From assembly GCA_013239625.1 (NCBI GenBank), contig MU054187.1, forward strand, positions 186,001-250,000: a DNA stretch of 64,000 bases, read 5' to 3'. The first letter of the stretch is position 1; each line of letters starts with the position of its first letter. Shown here piece by piece: positions 13,341 to 27,135 of this stretch. The notes below the pieces were generated by a model. That model saw nothing but the letters and a program-made list of their open reading frames with translations, was not told the origin of the DNA and searched no databases. Source of the stretch: Lama guanicoe. Its lineage: Eukaryota. The position numbers were made by a program, and so were the translations under genes.

Positions 13341-14943
13341 TGAGGAAAATCCAAGTTCATGTTCAGCACAAGAGGGCTGATACCAGCGTCAGTAGGCATG
13401 GCCGCCAGCAGCTTGGGAAGGAGGAGTGATGGGGCTGGAGCGCTGATGTGTGGCTCCGACCAGGAGAGCTTGTCTGCCCAAGGAAAAGAACCTCCTCTCG
13501 AAACTGTCCTGACGTGAGCGTTCTTTAGCTCTCGTGCTCATTTCTGTCTCCCAGTTTTCAGTGTCTCCTCCACCTCTGTTTCCTTCAGGGGCACAGCGTC
13601 TGAGCATTCCTGGTGGAGCAGGTCTGTGAGCCTCAGGGAGTCTCTGTGCCATGGAGCCCAGGCTGCCTCCCTCCTCGCCTGCTCTGCTGGGCTCCCTTCA
13701 CCTGGTTCTCTCGACCATTGCAGGACATCCCTGCGCCCAAGGCCCCTACTCACATGCTGCTCCTCTTCACGAGTCTCTGGTGCCGGGTGCTGTGGCTTCT
13801 GTGAGCTGTGACTGTGATATTAAAAGAATGTGCACTCCCAAATGCTTCCTATATTATTATTTGACCAGCTAGGAGCTAGGTGTTTAAACTACTGTTGCCA
13901 AATAGTAAGAACATTTTTTTTAGCATCAGAAATTCTGTTTTATGAAAATTTGGAATCCTTTGCTGAGGACTATTTTAGTTGTGATTGTCTAATGAAAATT
14001 TTACAAAGCGATAAATGGAAGGAAAGAAAAAATACTCTGGGTATATCCTTCCTTTGTTGTGTGTGTCACTCATTTTGGCATTTGCTCAGGATGTGTTCCC
14101 GTGTAGAAGTGCTGTAGTTCTTGATACATAAATAATGTTTTCTTGCAGATTTTCTTCTCAGTCATCACAACAATTACGTAGTTAAATGTTCAGATCAAAA
14201 AATGCATGAGGTCTCTGCTCTCAAGGGACTTCTAGGCTAGATAAGTGAACTAGTGCACTCCTGATCTCACCTGTCTCTCAGAGAGATACCATTTTCTGCA
14301 AAAGTGAGCACAGGTTTGTTTTGTCCATGATTTTGTTTCTGCCTTTTTGCTTATTGTCGATTTGTCCAGGAAGAAGTGTATAGCAGTCCCTTCCTCCACA
14401 ACTGGTGAGACTCTGCATGTTGAAGGAGTTAGGCTCTGTGACAGAGATGTCCACTCCATTTAACATAAATAGAAAGGGACTCATCAGAGGGTTCAAAGGT
14501 TTATAGAATAACTAGGAAACCACAGAAATAGACTCTGTGGAACTTTTAGGAAAGACTGTCAAAGCAACACAGAAGAGCAAGGCCGTGGTGAGAGCTGCTG
14601 GCTCTTCCACAGCCAGACTCCATGCTCCACCAGCTCCAGGGCCATTGCTCATGACATCTCGTTCCTGCCTTTTGACCCTTCAGAGCAACTGGCCAGATGT
14701 TGAGACCTCTGTTACTGTTGTGCTTGGCAACAGAGCAGCAAAATCAGGCCCTCTGCCTTGGTGTCTCTTCTGCCTTTGGTTGGCGGGTCCTCGTCATAGG
14801 AGGGACTCTGGCTGCAGGGACCCAAGATAGCTTCCAGCCTCTGGAGTCTAGGAAGGCCCCTGAAGGCAACTGGAATCCTTCATATTTACCAAAAGAGTTA
14901 GAAAGAACTGGAAAGAGGGAAATAAAAGTGCATGAAAGAAATA

Positions 14944-17496
14944 CAGGCACGCCTCAGACACAGACCTCCACAATAAAATGAATATGTCAGTAAAGCAAGT
15001 CACACGGAGTTTTTCGTTGGCCAGTGCATATGAAAGTTATGTTTAAACACCACTGTAGTCTGCTGAGTGTGCAACAGCATTATGTCTACAAAAGACAAAG
15101 TACCATACCCTAATTAAGAAACGGTTTATTGCTGAAAATTGCTGGCCATCATCTGAGTCTTCAGCGAGTTGTAACTTTTTGTTGGTGGAGGGTCTTCCCT
15201 CAGTGTTGATGGATGCTCACTGATCGGGGGGTGGTTGCTGAAGGTTGGGGTTGGTGTGGCAGTTTCTTAAAAAAAGGCAGCAATGAAGTTTGCTGCGTTG
15301 AGTGACTCTCACAAACGATTTCTCTGGAGCGTGCAAATGCTGTGATATAGCATTTTACCAACAGTAGAACTTTCAGAGTTGAAGTTTATCCTCTTAAGCC
15401 CTGCTACTGCTTTACCAACTAAGTCTGTATAATATTCTAAATTCTTTATCATCATTTCAACAATCCTCAGAGTGTCTTCACCAGGAGTAGATTCCATCTC
15501 AAGAAACCACTTTCTGGGGGAGGGGGCGTTATAGCTCAGCGGTGGAGTGTGTGCTTAGAATGCACAAGGCCCTGGGTTCAATCCCCAGTACCTCCATTAA
15601 AGGAAAAAAAAATGAGCAAACTTATTTTAAAAAAAATAAAGGAAAGAAACCACTTCCCTTTTTCATCCCTAAGAAGCAACTCCTTATCCATTAAGGTTTT
15701 ATTTTGAGGTTGGAACAATTCAGTCCCACCTTCAGGCTCCACTTCTGATTCTAGTTCTCTTGCTGTTTCCACCATATCTGCAGTTCCTTTCTCCACTGAA
15801 GTCTTGAACCCCTCCAAGTCATTCATGAGCATAGCAATCCACTCCTTCCAGACTCCTGTTAATGTTGCTAGTTTGACCTCTTCCCATGCACGAATCATGA
15901 ATGTTCTTAATGGCATGTAAAATGATGAATCCTTTCCAAAAGGTTTTCCACTGACTTGGTCCAGATCCATGTGGGGAGTCACCATCTGTGGCAGCTATAG
16001 CCTTGTGAAATGTATTTCTTCAGTAATAAGAGATTGAAATGACTGCTTGATCCACGGGCTGCAGAATGGATGTTGTGTTAGCAGGCATGAAAACAACTGG
16101 CATTCCATTGTCCGTCTCCATCAGAGCTCGTGGGGGGCCAGATGCATTGTCAGTGAGCAGTAATATTTTGAGAGGACTTTTTTTTCCTGAGCAGGAGGTC
16201 TCAAGAGTGGGCTTAAAGTATTCAGTAAGCCATGTTGTAAACAGATGGACTGTCATCCAGGCTTTGTTGTTCCATTTATAGAACACAGGCAGAGTTGACT
16301 TAGCATCATTCCGAAGGGCCCTAGGATTTTCCGAATGGTAGATGAGCATTGGCTTCGACTTCGGGTCGCCAGCTGCATCAGCCCCTAACGAGACAGTTGG
16401 CCTGTCCTGTGAGCCTTGAAGCCAGGCTTTGACTTCTCCTCTGGCCATGGAAATCCTGGTGGCGTCGTCTTCCAATAGAAGGCTGTTCCGTCTGCATTGA
16501 AAATCTGTTGCTTAGGGTAGCCTCCTCATGAACTCTCGGAGTTGGATCATCTGGAGAACCTGGTGCAGCTTCTACATCAGCAGTCACTGCTTCACCTTGA
16601 GCTTTTATGTCATAGAGACGACTTCTTTCCTTAAACCTTGTGAGCCAACCTCTGCTAGCTTCAGACTTCTCTCCTGCAGCTTGCTTACCTCTGTCAGCCT
16701 TCATAGGGTTGAAGAGCATTAGGGCCGTGCTCTGGATGAGGCTTTGGCTGAAGGGAAGGTTGTTTCCGGTTTGGTCTTCTGTCCAGACCGGTGAAACTAT
16801 CTCCATATCGGCAGTAAGGCTGTTTTGCTTTCTTACTATTCATGTGTTCACTGGAGGGGTACTTTCAATTTCCTTCAAGAACTTTTTCTTTGCATTCACG
16901 ACTTGGCTAACTGTTTGGCTCAAGAGGCATAGCTTCCGGCCTATCCTGGCTTTCGATGTGCCTTCCTCACTAAGATTAATCATTTCTAGCTTTGGATTTA
17001 AGGGAGGAACGTGCAAGTCTTCCTTTCACTTGAACACTTTGAGGTCACTGTAGGGCTCTTAATTGTCCTATTACCCGTATTGTTGTGTCTCAGGGGAGAG
17101 GGAGAAAAGGAAGCAAGGAAAGGAAGAAGGTGGGTTGGTGGAGCTGTCAAAACACACGTTTATCAAAAACAAAACAGAACAAAACAAACAAACAAAAAGA
17201 ACACACGTTTATCAGTTAAGTTCTCCATCTTATATGGGCCCAGTTCATGGTGCCCCAAAACAATTACAGTAGTAACATCAAAGATCACTGATCACAGATC
17301 ACTGTAACAAATACAAGAATTATTTGAAAGTTTAAAACACTGCGAGAATTACCAAAATGTAACACAAAGACAAAAAGTAAGCAGATGTCGCCCATGGACT
17401 TGCTCTTGCAGGCTGGGCACGCACCTGCAGTTTATAAAAAAGCGCTGTCTCTGGAAAGCACGGGGAAGCGGGGTGTGACAGAACGATTTCTGCCAG
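14944..17496 (-). mobile_element. Full-length Tigger1 (TcMar-Tigger) DNA transposon with frameshifted transposase
   Basis: TA|caggcacgcctc at the left end and degenerate TIR gaacgatttctgccag|tg at the right. Minus-strand remnants ASRGWLTRFKERSRLYDIK (CENP-B HTH) and [14 protein letters not shown]...[13 protein letters not shown]...[17 protein letters not shown] (DDE). About 2.4 kb once the SINE insert is removed. Confidence 0.93.
15516..15643 (+). mobile_element. tRNA-derived SINE (camelid-type) inserted in Tigger1
   Basis: Pol III A box tagctcagcggt, B box ggttcaatccc, A-rich tail. TSD aagaaaccactt at 15501-15512 and 15644-15655. Confidence 0.9.
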
Positions 17497-20429
17497 TGGA
17501 GGTGAACAAAGCCCCATAGTCCTAAAGTTCCCTTCCAAGTACCATTAGCCATGGAGTGCAGCATGTATATAAAAAACTTCTTTTTAATGGTTTAACTTAA
17601 TGTTCTATCTTTTTGAAAAAATTCAAAGTCCCCAAATTTCTGGATACATTACTTGATAATAAATATTAAACCTCTGAAGTTTTATGGGATAGACTACAAC
17701 TGTTGAACTTTGATTTAAGAGGGAAATTTAATTAGTAGATGCTGGTAATGGTTATGCACAGTTGAGGTGCACTTAAAAATTTTTTTGAAATAAACAAATC
17801 TTAGCACAAATAGGTATTTTATACATTAATAAATACATAAAATTAATTCTGACTTTCCTCTGTGCTACTTGCTGCTCCACTAAATAAACTTATGTTATTT
17901 CTGAATATTTTTTAGTTCTGTGATGTCATGAAGTTCATCATAGATTCATTTCTGCTTTATATCTGAAGGAAGATACAATTCAGCAAATTGGCTTGAGCAC
18001 CTGTTCTGGGTGAGACATCTTTGAAGAGCGTGACCATTCCACGTGCGTGCTCAGCGGCAGTGGGGTAATTACATAGCGCCGCAGAGCAGCAGTGCCACGG
18101 GCTCACTAGCTCTTGAGGCTCCTAATGAGAAGGTGGTGGTGCTGAAGCAGGCACATGTGGGGCCCGCGCAGCTACGCTGCTGGTCAGCATCCAGCCCTGG
18201 GGGTAGAGACTCCCCCTCGCCCAGCGCAGAGGCTCCCTGGGCCTGCGCAGAAGCGGCTGAGAGCGCGCCGAGGCCCTGCAGCGGCTCCCGCGTATCAGTG
18301 AGCGGGCCTGGGGCACCGCGCAGTGAAGGTCTGAGTGGTGTCCCAGCTCCAGGGCCTGGCCATGCTAAGCTGTGCCCTTAGCCGGCCCCGCTCCACCACC
18401 GCTCAGCAGCCCCTGCCAGGTCAGCACCGTCGTTTCCCGCAGGACCTCTCTGATCAGTAACTCTTGTAAAAGGTTAATACTTTCCCCATTTTAGAAAAGG
18501 TCCTTCATAAGACCTCCAGTGAAGCTTGAAGAAACAGTTGTAAGTTATGAGTCTGTTCATGGGAAACTCTGGACAGAACTGTCGTTTTGTGGAAGACAGG
18601 AACACGTGCAGGTCTTTCTAGTCTTTGTAGTTGCGGGGTTACAAGGTCTTGGGGCAGATGTCATTCACACACAAGGACTCTGGCATGTTGAATCCGGAAT
18701 GCGCTCCTCTTTGCTGCTCCATTCACTGCCGTGAAAGCCACTGCGAGCGTGCTGGTCTTCTGTGCCGACACCTAGCCAGAGTACCCGTCAGGGTGTGTAG
18801 GGCCATAGCACAAGAATACTGTGCACACCCTCTTCTGAACAGAATGTGTTTTCAGTCGAGTTTGGCCTGTATCTACTTACTGTGATGGGAAGTACTAACA
18901 TGTGCATGATGACCATATGCAGTGCTCTCTGTTTTCTGTTCTGCATTCTGTAGTGTTCCATGTTTCTGTAACTGTGGTCTTTTATTTTAGAGAAAGCGGC
19001 AACTCAGTAACTGAAATGCTTTCAGTATATTATATACAAAAGAAAAAAGCATTTGCCATGAAAAAACTCTGAACTATGTGTTCAAATTAATTAATTAGAC
19101 GGGTGTTATTTAAATGGAAAGACTTTCCTTCCTGCCCCAAATGGAATGCATTCACTTATATGCTCTCATGACCTTGTAGAGCAGTGCCTAACATGTCCTT
19201 TCAATTTATTGGCAGTTGGTTTTTCCCACGATATGTTTTATTCAACTGCATAAACTTTTTGAGGTCATTCATCATAGCGACTTGCAGACTCTTGTTAATT
19301 GCACTGTTTAAACTCTAAGCACAGTGTCCATGGAATTCACATTTATGAAACCTGTGGGCTCCACCCTTACCCTATACTGGCTGGTCCTTGACGGTGACTC
19401 CCATTTGCACCAAGGCCAATCACACGGCCAAGCCAGCACCGCAGGGCCACCAGGGAGGAAGGACCTGGGGATTGCAGCCTCCACAGCCGGCCTTCCCCTC
19501 TACCTCCTCGCTTGAGGTGGCAGGACAGCTACGCACAGCACGAGTCCGATGGAGGCTGAGGTCTTCTCTCTCTCCTTTGTGCTTCAGGGCTCACGAGTGT
19601 TTGCCGTCATGACAGGAAGTGACACTGTGCTGTGCGGGGAGGAGCCGGGAGCCTGGGAAGGAGCTCTTGGAGGAAGGGCCTGGGTGAGGAGGTGGAGCTG
19701 GCCTGAGAAGCACTAGAGGGAGACAGGAGGATGAACTTGATGTGTTCGAGGGGTAGAAATGAACTGGTGAGGCGTGGGCTCCATGGCCCTGGGGCCTTTA
19801 CAGCACCTGGCCCAGAGGAGGCAGGTAGCTTCACGCCAGTGTGAGGAGAGGCTGGGAGGGCTCGGGCGTGGATGAAAGTGATTGGGTCCGTGCTCAGTGA
19901 AGACAGCTTGGCTGCTCTGGACCACACGAGGGAGGTGGAGGAGCAGGAAGGGGGGCTGTTTCAGGACCCCGATAGGGAAGACTGGAGAACCGTGAGTGTG
20001 CTAGTGAGGGAGTGGTAGAGACAGAGATCCTGGATTGTTAAGAGGTGCTGCTACTGGATGAGGGTGATGGAGGGTCACAGCGGCTCAGTTACTGGGAAGG
20101 TGACTCGGGGGTGGTGACTGGACGAGGGTGATGGAGGGTCATGGCAGCTGGGCTCATTGGTCTGATGACGGCTCAGTCACTGAGGAGGGTGACTTTTGGG
20201 GAGTGCCATGGGAGCGAGTGTTCTTGCGTCCTTGTCGAGACAGAGGGACCTGAGAATCATTGAGCCAGAGAAGCTGGACACAGTTGCAGTGGGTGAGAGC
20301 AATCAGGACGTGAAGTACATCTAGGCACTGTGCCCAGGAGGGAACTACCTTCCTGGTGAGTAGGTAGCATCCAGCTATCAGAAACAGAAATTAATGAAAG
20401 AGCTTTTTTTTTTTTTAACATTAAAGGGG

Positions 20430-21830
20430 TTTTCCCTCTTAATGTAATGGATAAACCAATGGAACAGAAGAGAAAATCCCAAATATATACAGGAATTTCA
20501 TATATTTTAAAGCACTGGGAAGATTAACCATTCAATGAATGGTTCAGTAAAATTCAATGAAAACAAGTGAGTCATCTGTGGGGGAAATCAGATCAAAGAT
20601 TTAACCATAAAACCCAGGCAAGAAATCATGGGAGAATTTATCTTGATGTGGAAGTTTTCTAACTGTGACTTAACATCCAGAAGTCCCAAAAGAAAACACT
20701 AATAAAGCCTATTAAGTCTGCATGATAAAGTCAGAAGTTAAGTGGGAACAGACCTTGTGATCCGCATCACAGAAAGCCACTCTCTCTGATAAACAGTGCT
20801 CGCAGGAAGTAAGGAAACGCCAGCAGCCCAGAGTAAAGGTGAGCGAAGGGCCGGAGCACTCAGTCCCCAGGGAAAAAGAAGCAGGTGAAAATACCTTCAG
20901 TGTCTCGTGGTCAAAGAAATGCAAATTAAATAACACTTTCATCAAACTGCAGAAACCCACAGTGTTTGCGACGTTTGTTTGGTGAGGCTGAGGGGACGCG
21001 CCCTCGCTCCGGCTGGTGGAGGCAGACTGAGTTGTTCCCGCATGGGCACGTGAGCGTGTGTGGTGTGTGTGTGAACCTGGACTCTGAGCCCTTCCTCTTC
21101 TGGGAACTTACCCTCCAGATACACCTGCACATGTGTGGAGCACAACATGTTCTTTGCCCCATTGTTGATAATAGCACGTTTGGAAGTAGCCTAAACGGTC
21201 AGCCTTGGAGGATTACAATTAAATCACACACAGTGGAATACTTAACTGCACAGCTATCTGTCTGTGCAGCTGTCAAAAAGAAAGGTGCTCTGTGACCTAG
21301 CACCCAGACCTTAATGACAGTGGTTAAGTTCAGAAAGCAGGGAGCAGGACAGCGTGGCAGCTGTGCTGTATTTTCTGGGAGCACGCAGAGACTGAAAGGA
21401 TCCATAACCCAGCAGCAACTGTGTGTGCGGGCACCTGGGACCAGGAGGACGGAAGGCGTGAATAGGGGGAGACTTCGTGACGTGCTCTATTGCATTACAT
21501 TTTAATTATATGTTATTTAGAAAAATTAAATGAGTTTTTAGACACAGTTATTGCTCTTGGAATTTTTAAACATTTCACTTGATTTGGAGGGCAGTACATA
21601 ACATAGCAATGAAGATACATTCTCTGACCCAGTAATTCCTAAGAACTTAATTCATGAGAAATACAAAAAAAAAATCACAGATACACGCACCATTCTTCAT
21701 GGTAGCAATGCCTGTAATAATGGAAAAAATATAAGCAGCCTAAATACTCAGTTTAAGGATTACTGAACTACAACATACTCTGTGATGCAGTATTAAGCTG
21801 CTATATAATGTAGCTGAGAAGACCACATGG
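20430..21830 (+). mobile_element. Decayed L1ME-type ORF2/3' fragments
   Basis: Residual L1 motifs atggaacagaagagaaaatccc, aaagaaatgcaaattaaataacac, acagtggaatact, tgacccagtaattcct. Confidence 0.6.
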
Positions 21831-21834
21831 AAAC

Positions 21835-22570
21835 ACTCATGCTCTCAACAAGTGTTCCTGTGTGTCTCCTCTGTCATGTGTTGTTCTGGGTGTAAACGGA
21901 ACAGTAAATGAGACCGAGAGAGACCAAGTCTGTGCACCGGTGGGACTTGCACCCGCTGGGAAGCCTGGCAGCAGCAGACAGACAGACACCGGGTAGGAGA
22001 GTGGCACTGCAGCTGGGTGAGGGGCAGTGAAGGTGGAGGGGTTGCTGTTTTGATGCAAGAATCCAGGGGGCCTCTCTGGGAAGGTATTTGGCAACAGTCC
22101 CAAAGGAGGTGAGGGAACAGGCGGAGGGCCGGATGCAGGGCTGTGAGGCTGGGCCAGCCCAACACATCGCACCACAGTGGGGAAGCCTGAGTATGGAGGT
22201 CAGGCCCTGTTCCAGTTGTGAGAGAGAGAGAAGCCGTGGCAAGGCCCTCGGTTCTATTCTGCATGCAAGTCAGGGCCTCTGGAAGTTTTGTCAGAAGAGG
22301 GAGAAGCCATGAGTGCCACGAAAAGCCAGGGAAGTGGTGGGTAGGGTGGGGAAGGTGCCCTGGAGACAGTGGGAGGTGTCGGGAGGTGGAGAACACAGGC
22401 CCTGAAGGATCGGGTGGGGAGCGGAGGACGGGGGTCTGGACGCTTTCTGTGGTTTGGGCCACAAGGTGACTGGTGGTGCTGTGAAAGGAGATGGGAAGTG
22501 GACAGCTAGGAGAGCAGTGGGTTTCAGGGTAGCTGTGTGTTGAGTTTGAGATGCCTGTGAGCCCGGCACA
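21835..22570 (-). mobile_element. Decayed L2 3' fragment
   Basis: L2-like tail ctcaacaagtgttcctgtgtgtct, then purine-rich L2 body ending tgttgagtttgagatgcctgtgag. Confidence 0.55.
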
Positions 22571-22689
22571 GGGAGGGAGAAAACTAAAATGAACCTGCGG
22601 TGTGTGAGCTCCTGGTCTCCACAGTGGGTACATGGTGAGCAGAAGTGAGCGTGTTACCACGTGAGAGATGGTGTATTCACTCTGGCTGT

Positions 22690-23300
22690 CTCTGCCACAT
22701 CCCAGACAGAGACGCCTCAGCAGCAGGGTGCACACGTAGCCCCAGTGTCAGCCTGTCAGTGGCTGACAGAAACCTGTTGTGTAAGGATCCATGAGTCCAC
22801 ACTGTTATTAAAAAGGTGAATTGAAAATTTGATAAGGAATAGGATATTTGCATAGTTTGAAAGTATGTCCCACACAATATTTTTTAATTTCAGAAGGAAG
22901 AAGTAACTTACAGTTGAGAAATCTTGCAGACATCACTTCAGTTAAGCAATAACACTGATCACCATCACTAATGGGGCCACTGTGTGCTGTTCTTACCAGT
23001 GATACGTGAGCTAGATCTCATGAGAAAATGCCAGACAAGCCCAGACTGAGGGTTTGTGTGCAGAACCACTGGTCTGTGTCCTTGGAGAATGAATGGCAAG
23101 GTCATGGGAGTCCAGGGAGACGAGGGCCTTGATTGCAGCAGCGGTTCTGAGTGGTCTTCTGCTGAGACGGACGCAGCGGGCCTGACAGGTGAAGTAGGAG
23201 GGGTGGGGGTAGACACGCTCCCTCCCCGCCCCGCCCCGCCCCGGGTTGGTCCTGCAGTGTCACTTGTGTAAGAGAAATCCCTTTTGTGTAGGAACGACCC
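22690..23300 (+). mobile_element. L1MC-type 3' fragment
   Basis: Motifs tttgataaggaataggatatttgcatagt, agtaacttacagttgagaaatcttgcagac, ccagacaagcccagactgagg. Confidence 0.6.
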
Positions 23301-25839
23301 TCATGTGGGAGCGAGTTAGGGAACCAGTGAGAGAAGCTGGACTTTGGTCTGCCCAGGGCTGCTGAGTTCATTTCTCACATTTTGAGTAAACACTTTCTAG
23401 CTAAGATTCCCTTCTTCTCATTTATTTTGCTCTCATTTAGATCTTCACTAGTGCACTGCTGATTCAAGGGGAAAATGTTTTGTCCTGTATTTAGAACTTT
23501 TTGCAAATTTGAGCTCATGAGGCCCCTGCTTTCTTGAAGATGGCAGGAAAGGGTGCCGTGCGGCTGGGAGGAGACCGCTGAGCTTTCCGGGAGCCGGCTG
23601 CAGTCCCCATGTGGGTGCTGGTGTGGAGAGCGGACAGGCGTGGGGACATGCAGGTCATTGTGGGCGTAGGCGTGGGTGTCCCGGCACTGGGCAGCTGGGG
23701 ACATGAGGCAGGAGAGGCTGGGAGGAGGGTCGGGTGTGGACGCAGGCCTATCACAAGGTCGGTGGGCAGAAACGGAGCAGAGTCACGCCTGAGAACCTTC
23801 CTCCTCTGAAATAGAGTTGTCGTCTGAAAGGGACCCCTTGTCTACTCTGAGTACAATACACTGAATGTGGCTTAGTCTTTGAAATTGAAATTACTTCATC
23901 GTAAAATATCCTAAGATGATTTAATATTGCTTAGTGATAGTGTCCCTAGAAGAGGCATTTTTAGGATTGCAAAAGAGCTTTCAAAATCACCGCTGATGTT
24001 TGGGAAGGAAAGGGCCTCACGCGGTGCCTTTAGCTGCGTTGGGGGTTTGTGTTTTACTTGGTGGGGTTGGAGCCAGTGGAACGTGTACCCCTGCTTCACA
24101 AACCCAGTGATTTAGGAGCCGTTGCATCTGACGGGACTGGTTTCTGGGCCAGTTAGTCAGCTTCGAGTGTGAAACCATGACTCAGAAGCCAAGCAGCTAA
24201 GGCTGAGCAACCCTCCTCTGTGGCACGAGGCGTGTAGGTGGGTTGGCTCTCAGCTCCTCCCTCACTCGGACCAGGGCCAAGATGGCCCAGTCTCTCCCCA
24301 TCCTGAGACTGCACATGCCTCAGGCATCCAGATGGCAGGAGGGCCCAGTCCTCTGCGGGCAGTGCGGTGAGGGCTTCAGGGCTCCGCCCCACAGAGGCCT
24401 GGCTGAGGAAGGACGCAGTGCATCAGCCCTACCGAGTCCCGCCTGCAGCACCCCATCCTCACTCTGAGCTCATCACAGGCCCTGGGCTCCGGAGGCCCAC
24501 GGTGGACGGCCCTGGAAAGTGAGAGCAAGTGGCAGAATAAGTGAGAGAAGCACCACCTCGGTCTGCCTAGGCCTGTCCAATCGATTTGGCACATTTTGAA
24601 CAAAAACTTTCTCAGCTAGGATCCTCCTTCCCCTCATTTACCTCGTTCTAATTTAGACCTTCACGCACACACTGACGCTTTCCTTCCCACGCCAACACTT
24701 CGTAGCGGCGTGGAGGTCTCACCTTGTGACCCAGCTGTGTAAGGCACCTCAACACGGAGTGTTGTCCTGAGGGTAGGGGCTGATTCTTGTGCCTCCTGCC
24801 CCCACAGAGCCTGGACCAGTGCCTGTTGATTACTCAGGGGGTGCATTGGCATGTATGATCGTCTGACGCGAAAGGCTCTCAGCTAAGGGCTGGGATGGGT
24901 CTGCAGGGAGTGAGAATAGGACCCCTTCCTGAAGAAACTTCCCATAAAAAAGGAGAGAGGAAAGAGCTACTCAAGTTTTTAATGAGTCAGAGTAGAATGT
25001 GGTAAAAACTAAAATAAAGGCTGAACCATCTTGGATACCAAGAGAAAGGAAGACTTGTTTACACTATTAGAACAGGAGGAGAATCGTGAAAGAAATGAAA
25101 CTTGAGTTTGACGTTGAGGAATGAGAGTTCTTAGGCAGGTGGAGGGACAGGGAATACAGACACTTTGGAGGAACGACCAGCTGGGACTCTGGGGAGAGGC
25201 TATGGGAGCTCTGCCTTGCTGGCCTCGCACGTGTGCGTCACAGACTCGCAGAGGCTCTGGGTGGTCCGTGACCAGCTGAGGAAACGGTTAACTCTGTCCC
25301 CCAGGAAACGTTACTTTGGCAGCAACCGGTAGGAGTGGTTAGAGGGAAACAAGGTGGGAGACCAGTTGGGAAACATCTGCCAAGTTCACAAGCAGAACGA
25401 GACAGCGAAGCAGGACTGGGGAGGAGGGTTGATGCTGAAGAGTAAACATGGGGCAAATGGACAGGATGCAAGCCAGGGATCAGGTCACGCTCCAGTTTAG
25501 GGGCAGAGCAACTGAGAGAATGGGGGTGCTCGAGTGTGGACAGAGAACTTGGAGCATTAGGGGTCCTCTGCACAGCAGTGGTGAAGTGGCAGCCCGGGGA
25601 GGTGAGCTTCTGGCCAGCTGCCAGGTAAGCAAAGCAGTGGCGGGGTCTGTCACCCTGGGAACGACGGCTGGGCCGTACACCTCTGCCAGCGAGAGACCAC
25701 AGCTCTGGTCCAAGCCTCTCCTCTGCTGGAGTCAGACTGCTTCTTTCTTTTTAAGACCTCTGCTCATATAGTTCATTATGCTTTTTAGGTATCACTGGTG
25801 TGATACATGTATCCTTTCAAAATTTACAATACTTACGTG

Positions 25840-27135
25840 TATTGTCACCTGATTTTTGACAAGGGAAACGTTTCAGTGGAAAGAACAGTAATTACAGCAA
25901 GTAGCACTGAAACAGCTAACATCCACATGCAGAAGAATTAGATGGACCCTGCCTCACACCATATACAAGGATTAATTCGAAATAGATCATAATCCTAAAT
26001 GTAAGAACTGAAACTGTAAAACTCTCGGAAGATAACATAGGGATATATCTTCATAACCATACATAGTAGGCAATGGTTTCTTACATATGGTACCAAAAGC
26101 ATACACAACAAAAGAAAAACACATAACTGGGACTTAATGACAGTAAAAACTGTGCTGTGCGCAAAGGACATCATCAAGAGGGTAGAAGACAACCCAGACA
26201 AGAGGGGAAACTTTCTGCAAATCACATATCTGATAGGAGACTTGTATCCAGAATATTTAAAACTAACACAACTCAACATAAAAAGATAACCCAAGTTAAA
26301 AATGGTCAGAGGGCTTGAGTAACCACGTGTCCAGAGAAGACACACAGATGCCGAGAAACACGAGGTGACCAACATGCATGATTAGCCGTCAGGGACACAG
26401 AAGTCAGACCCTGGTGGGCAGCACGGCTGTGATAAAGAGCTGGACAGTAATAGATGTGGACAAGGATCTGGAGAAACTGGACCTCTCACAAAGGCTAGTA
26501 AAATGGTGCAGCCACCGTGGAAAACAGCCTGGCAGCTCTTCCAAAAGCTGCACATGCCCGTAGCATTACCATGTGACCCAGCAGTTCCACTCATAGGTGT
26601 GAACCCGTGAGAAGGGAAGATACTCATTTCTGCACTGACATTCATAGCAGCACTATTCATAAATGCAGAAACAGTGGAAACAACCCAATGTTCATCAGCT
26701 GATGGATGGGTAAGCAGAATGTGATGTCCGCTTGGTGGATTATTACTCGGCAACAGACAGGAATGCAGTCCCGGTCCCCGCTGCAACGTGGCTGTGCCTT
26801 GCGATGTTGCGCTGGGTGAAGGGAGCTGACAGAGAGGCTGCAGCAGTGCAGGAATCCCTGCATGTGAAGCATTCAGAGCAGGCAAACGCACGGAGACACA
26901 GAGTAGAGTGAGGGGAGAGCAGGGTGGGGAGGCTGCTTAACAGATGGGGGTTCCTTTGGGGGAGATGCTCCAGGACTGGATGGTGTGGCTGGTTGGAGAA
27001 CATGTGTGTACTTCCTGCCACTGAATTGTACACTTTAAAATGGTGAGACTGTACATTTTATGTTACGTGTATTTTGCTGCACTAAAATGGGGTGAATTTT
27101 ATGGTATGTAAATTAGGTGTCACTAAAGCTGTTAT
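25840..27135 (+). mobile_element. L1MB-type ORF2 end + 3'UTR
   Basis: ctgatttttgacaaggg, cacaccatatacaagg, aaatggtgcagccaccgtggaaaacag, and tail gccactgaattgtacactttaaaatggtga. Confidence 0.85.

Noticed and set aside
15516..15600. tRNA gene
   Set aside because: Has A/B boxes but also an A-rich tail, a TSD and two related copies in the window, so it is a SINE.
16020..16806. TIGD1-like transposase ORFs as a functional gene
   Set aside because: Split across frames, and the element is interrupted by a SINE; a Tigger1 fossil.
21139..21153. Glucocorticoid-response-element-like AGCACAacaTGTTCT
   Set aside because: Isolated motif inside a decayed L1; indistinguishable from chance without data.
21845..22735. 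296-aa minus-strand ORF
   Set aside because: Low-complexity Pro/Ser/Leu-rich translation across a decayed L2; no recognisable domain.
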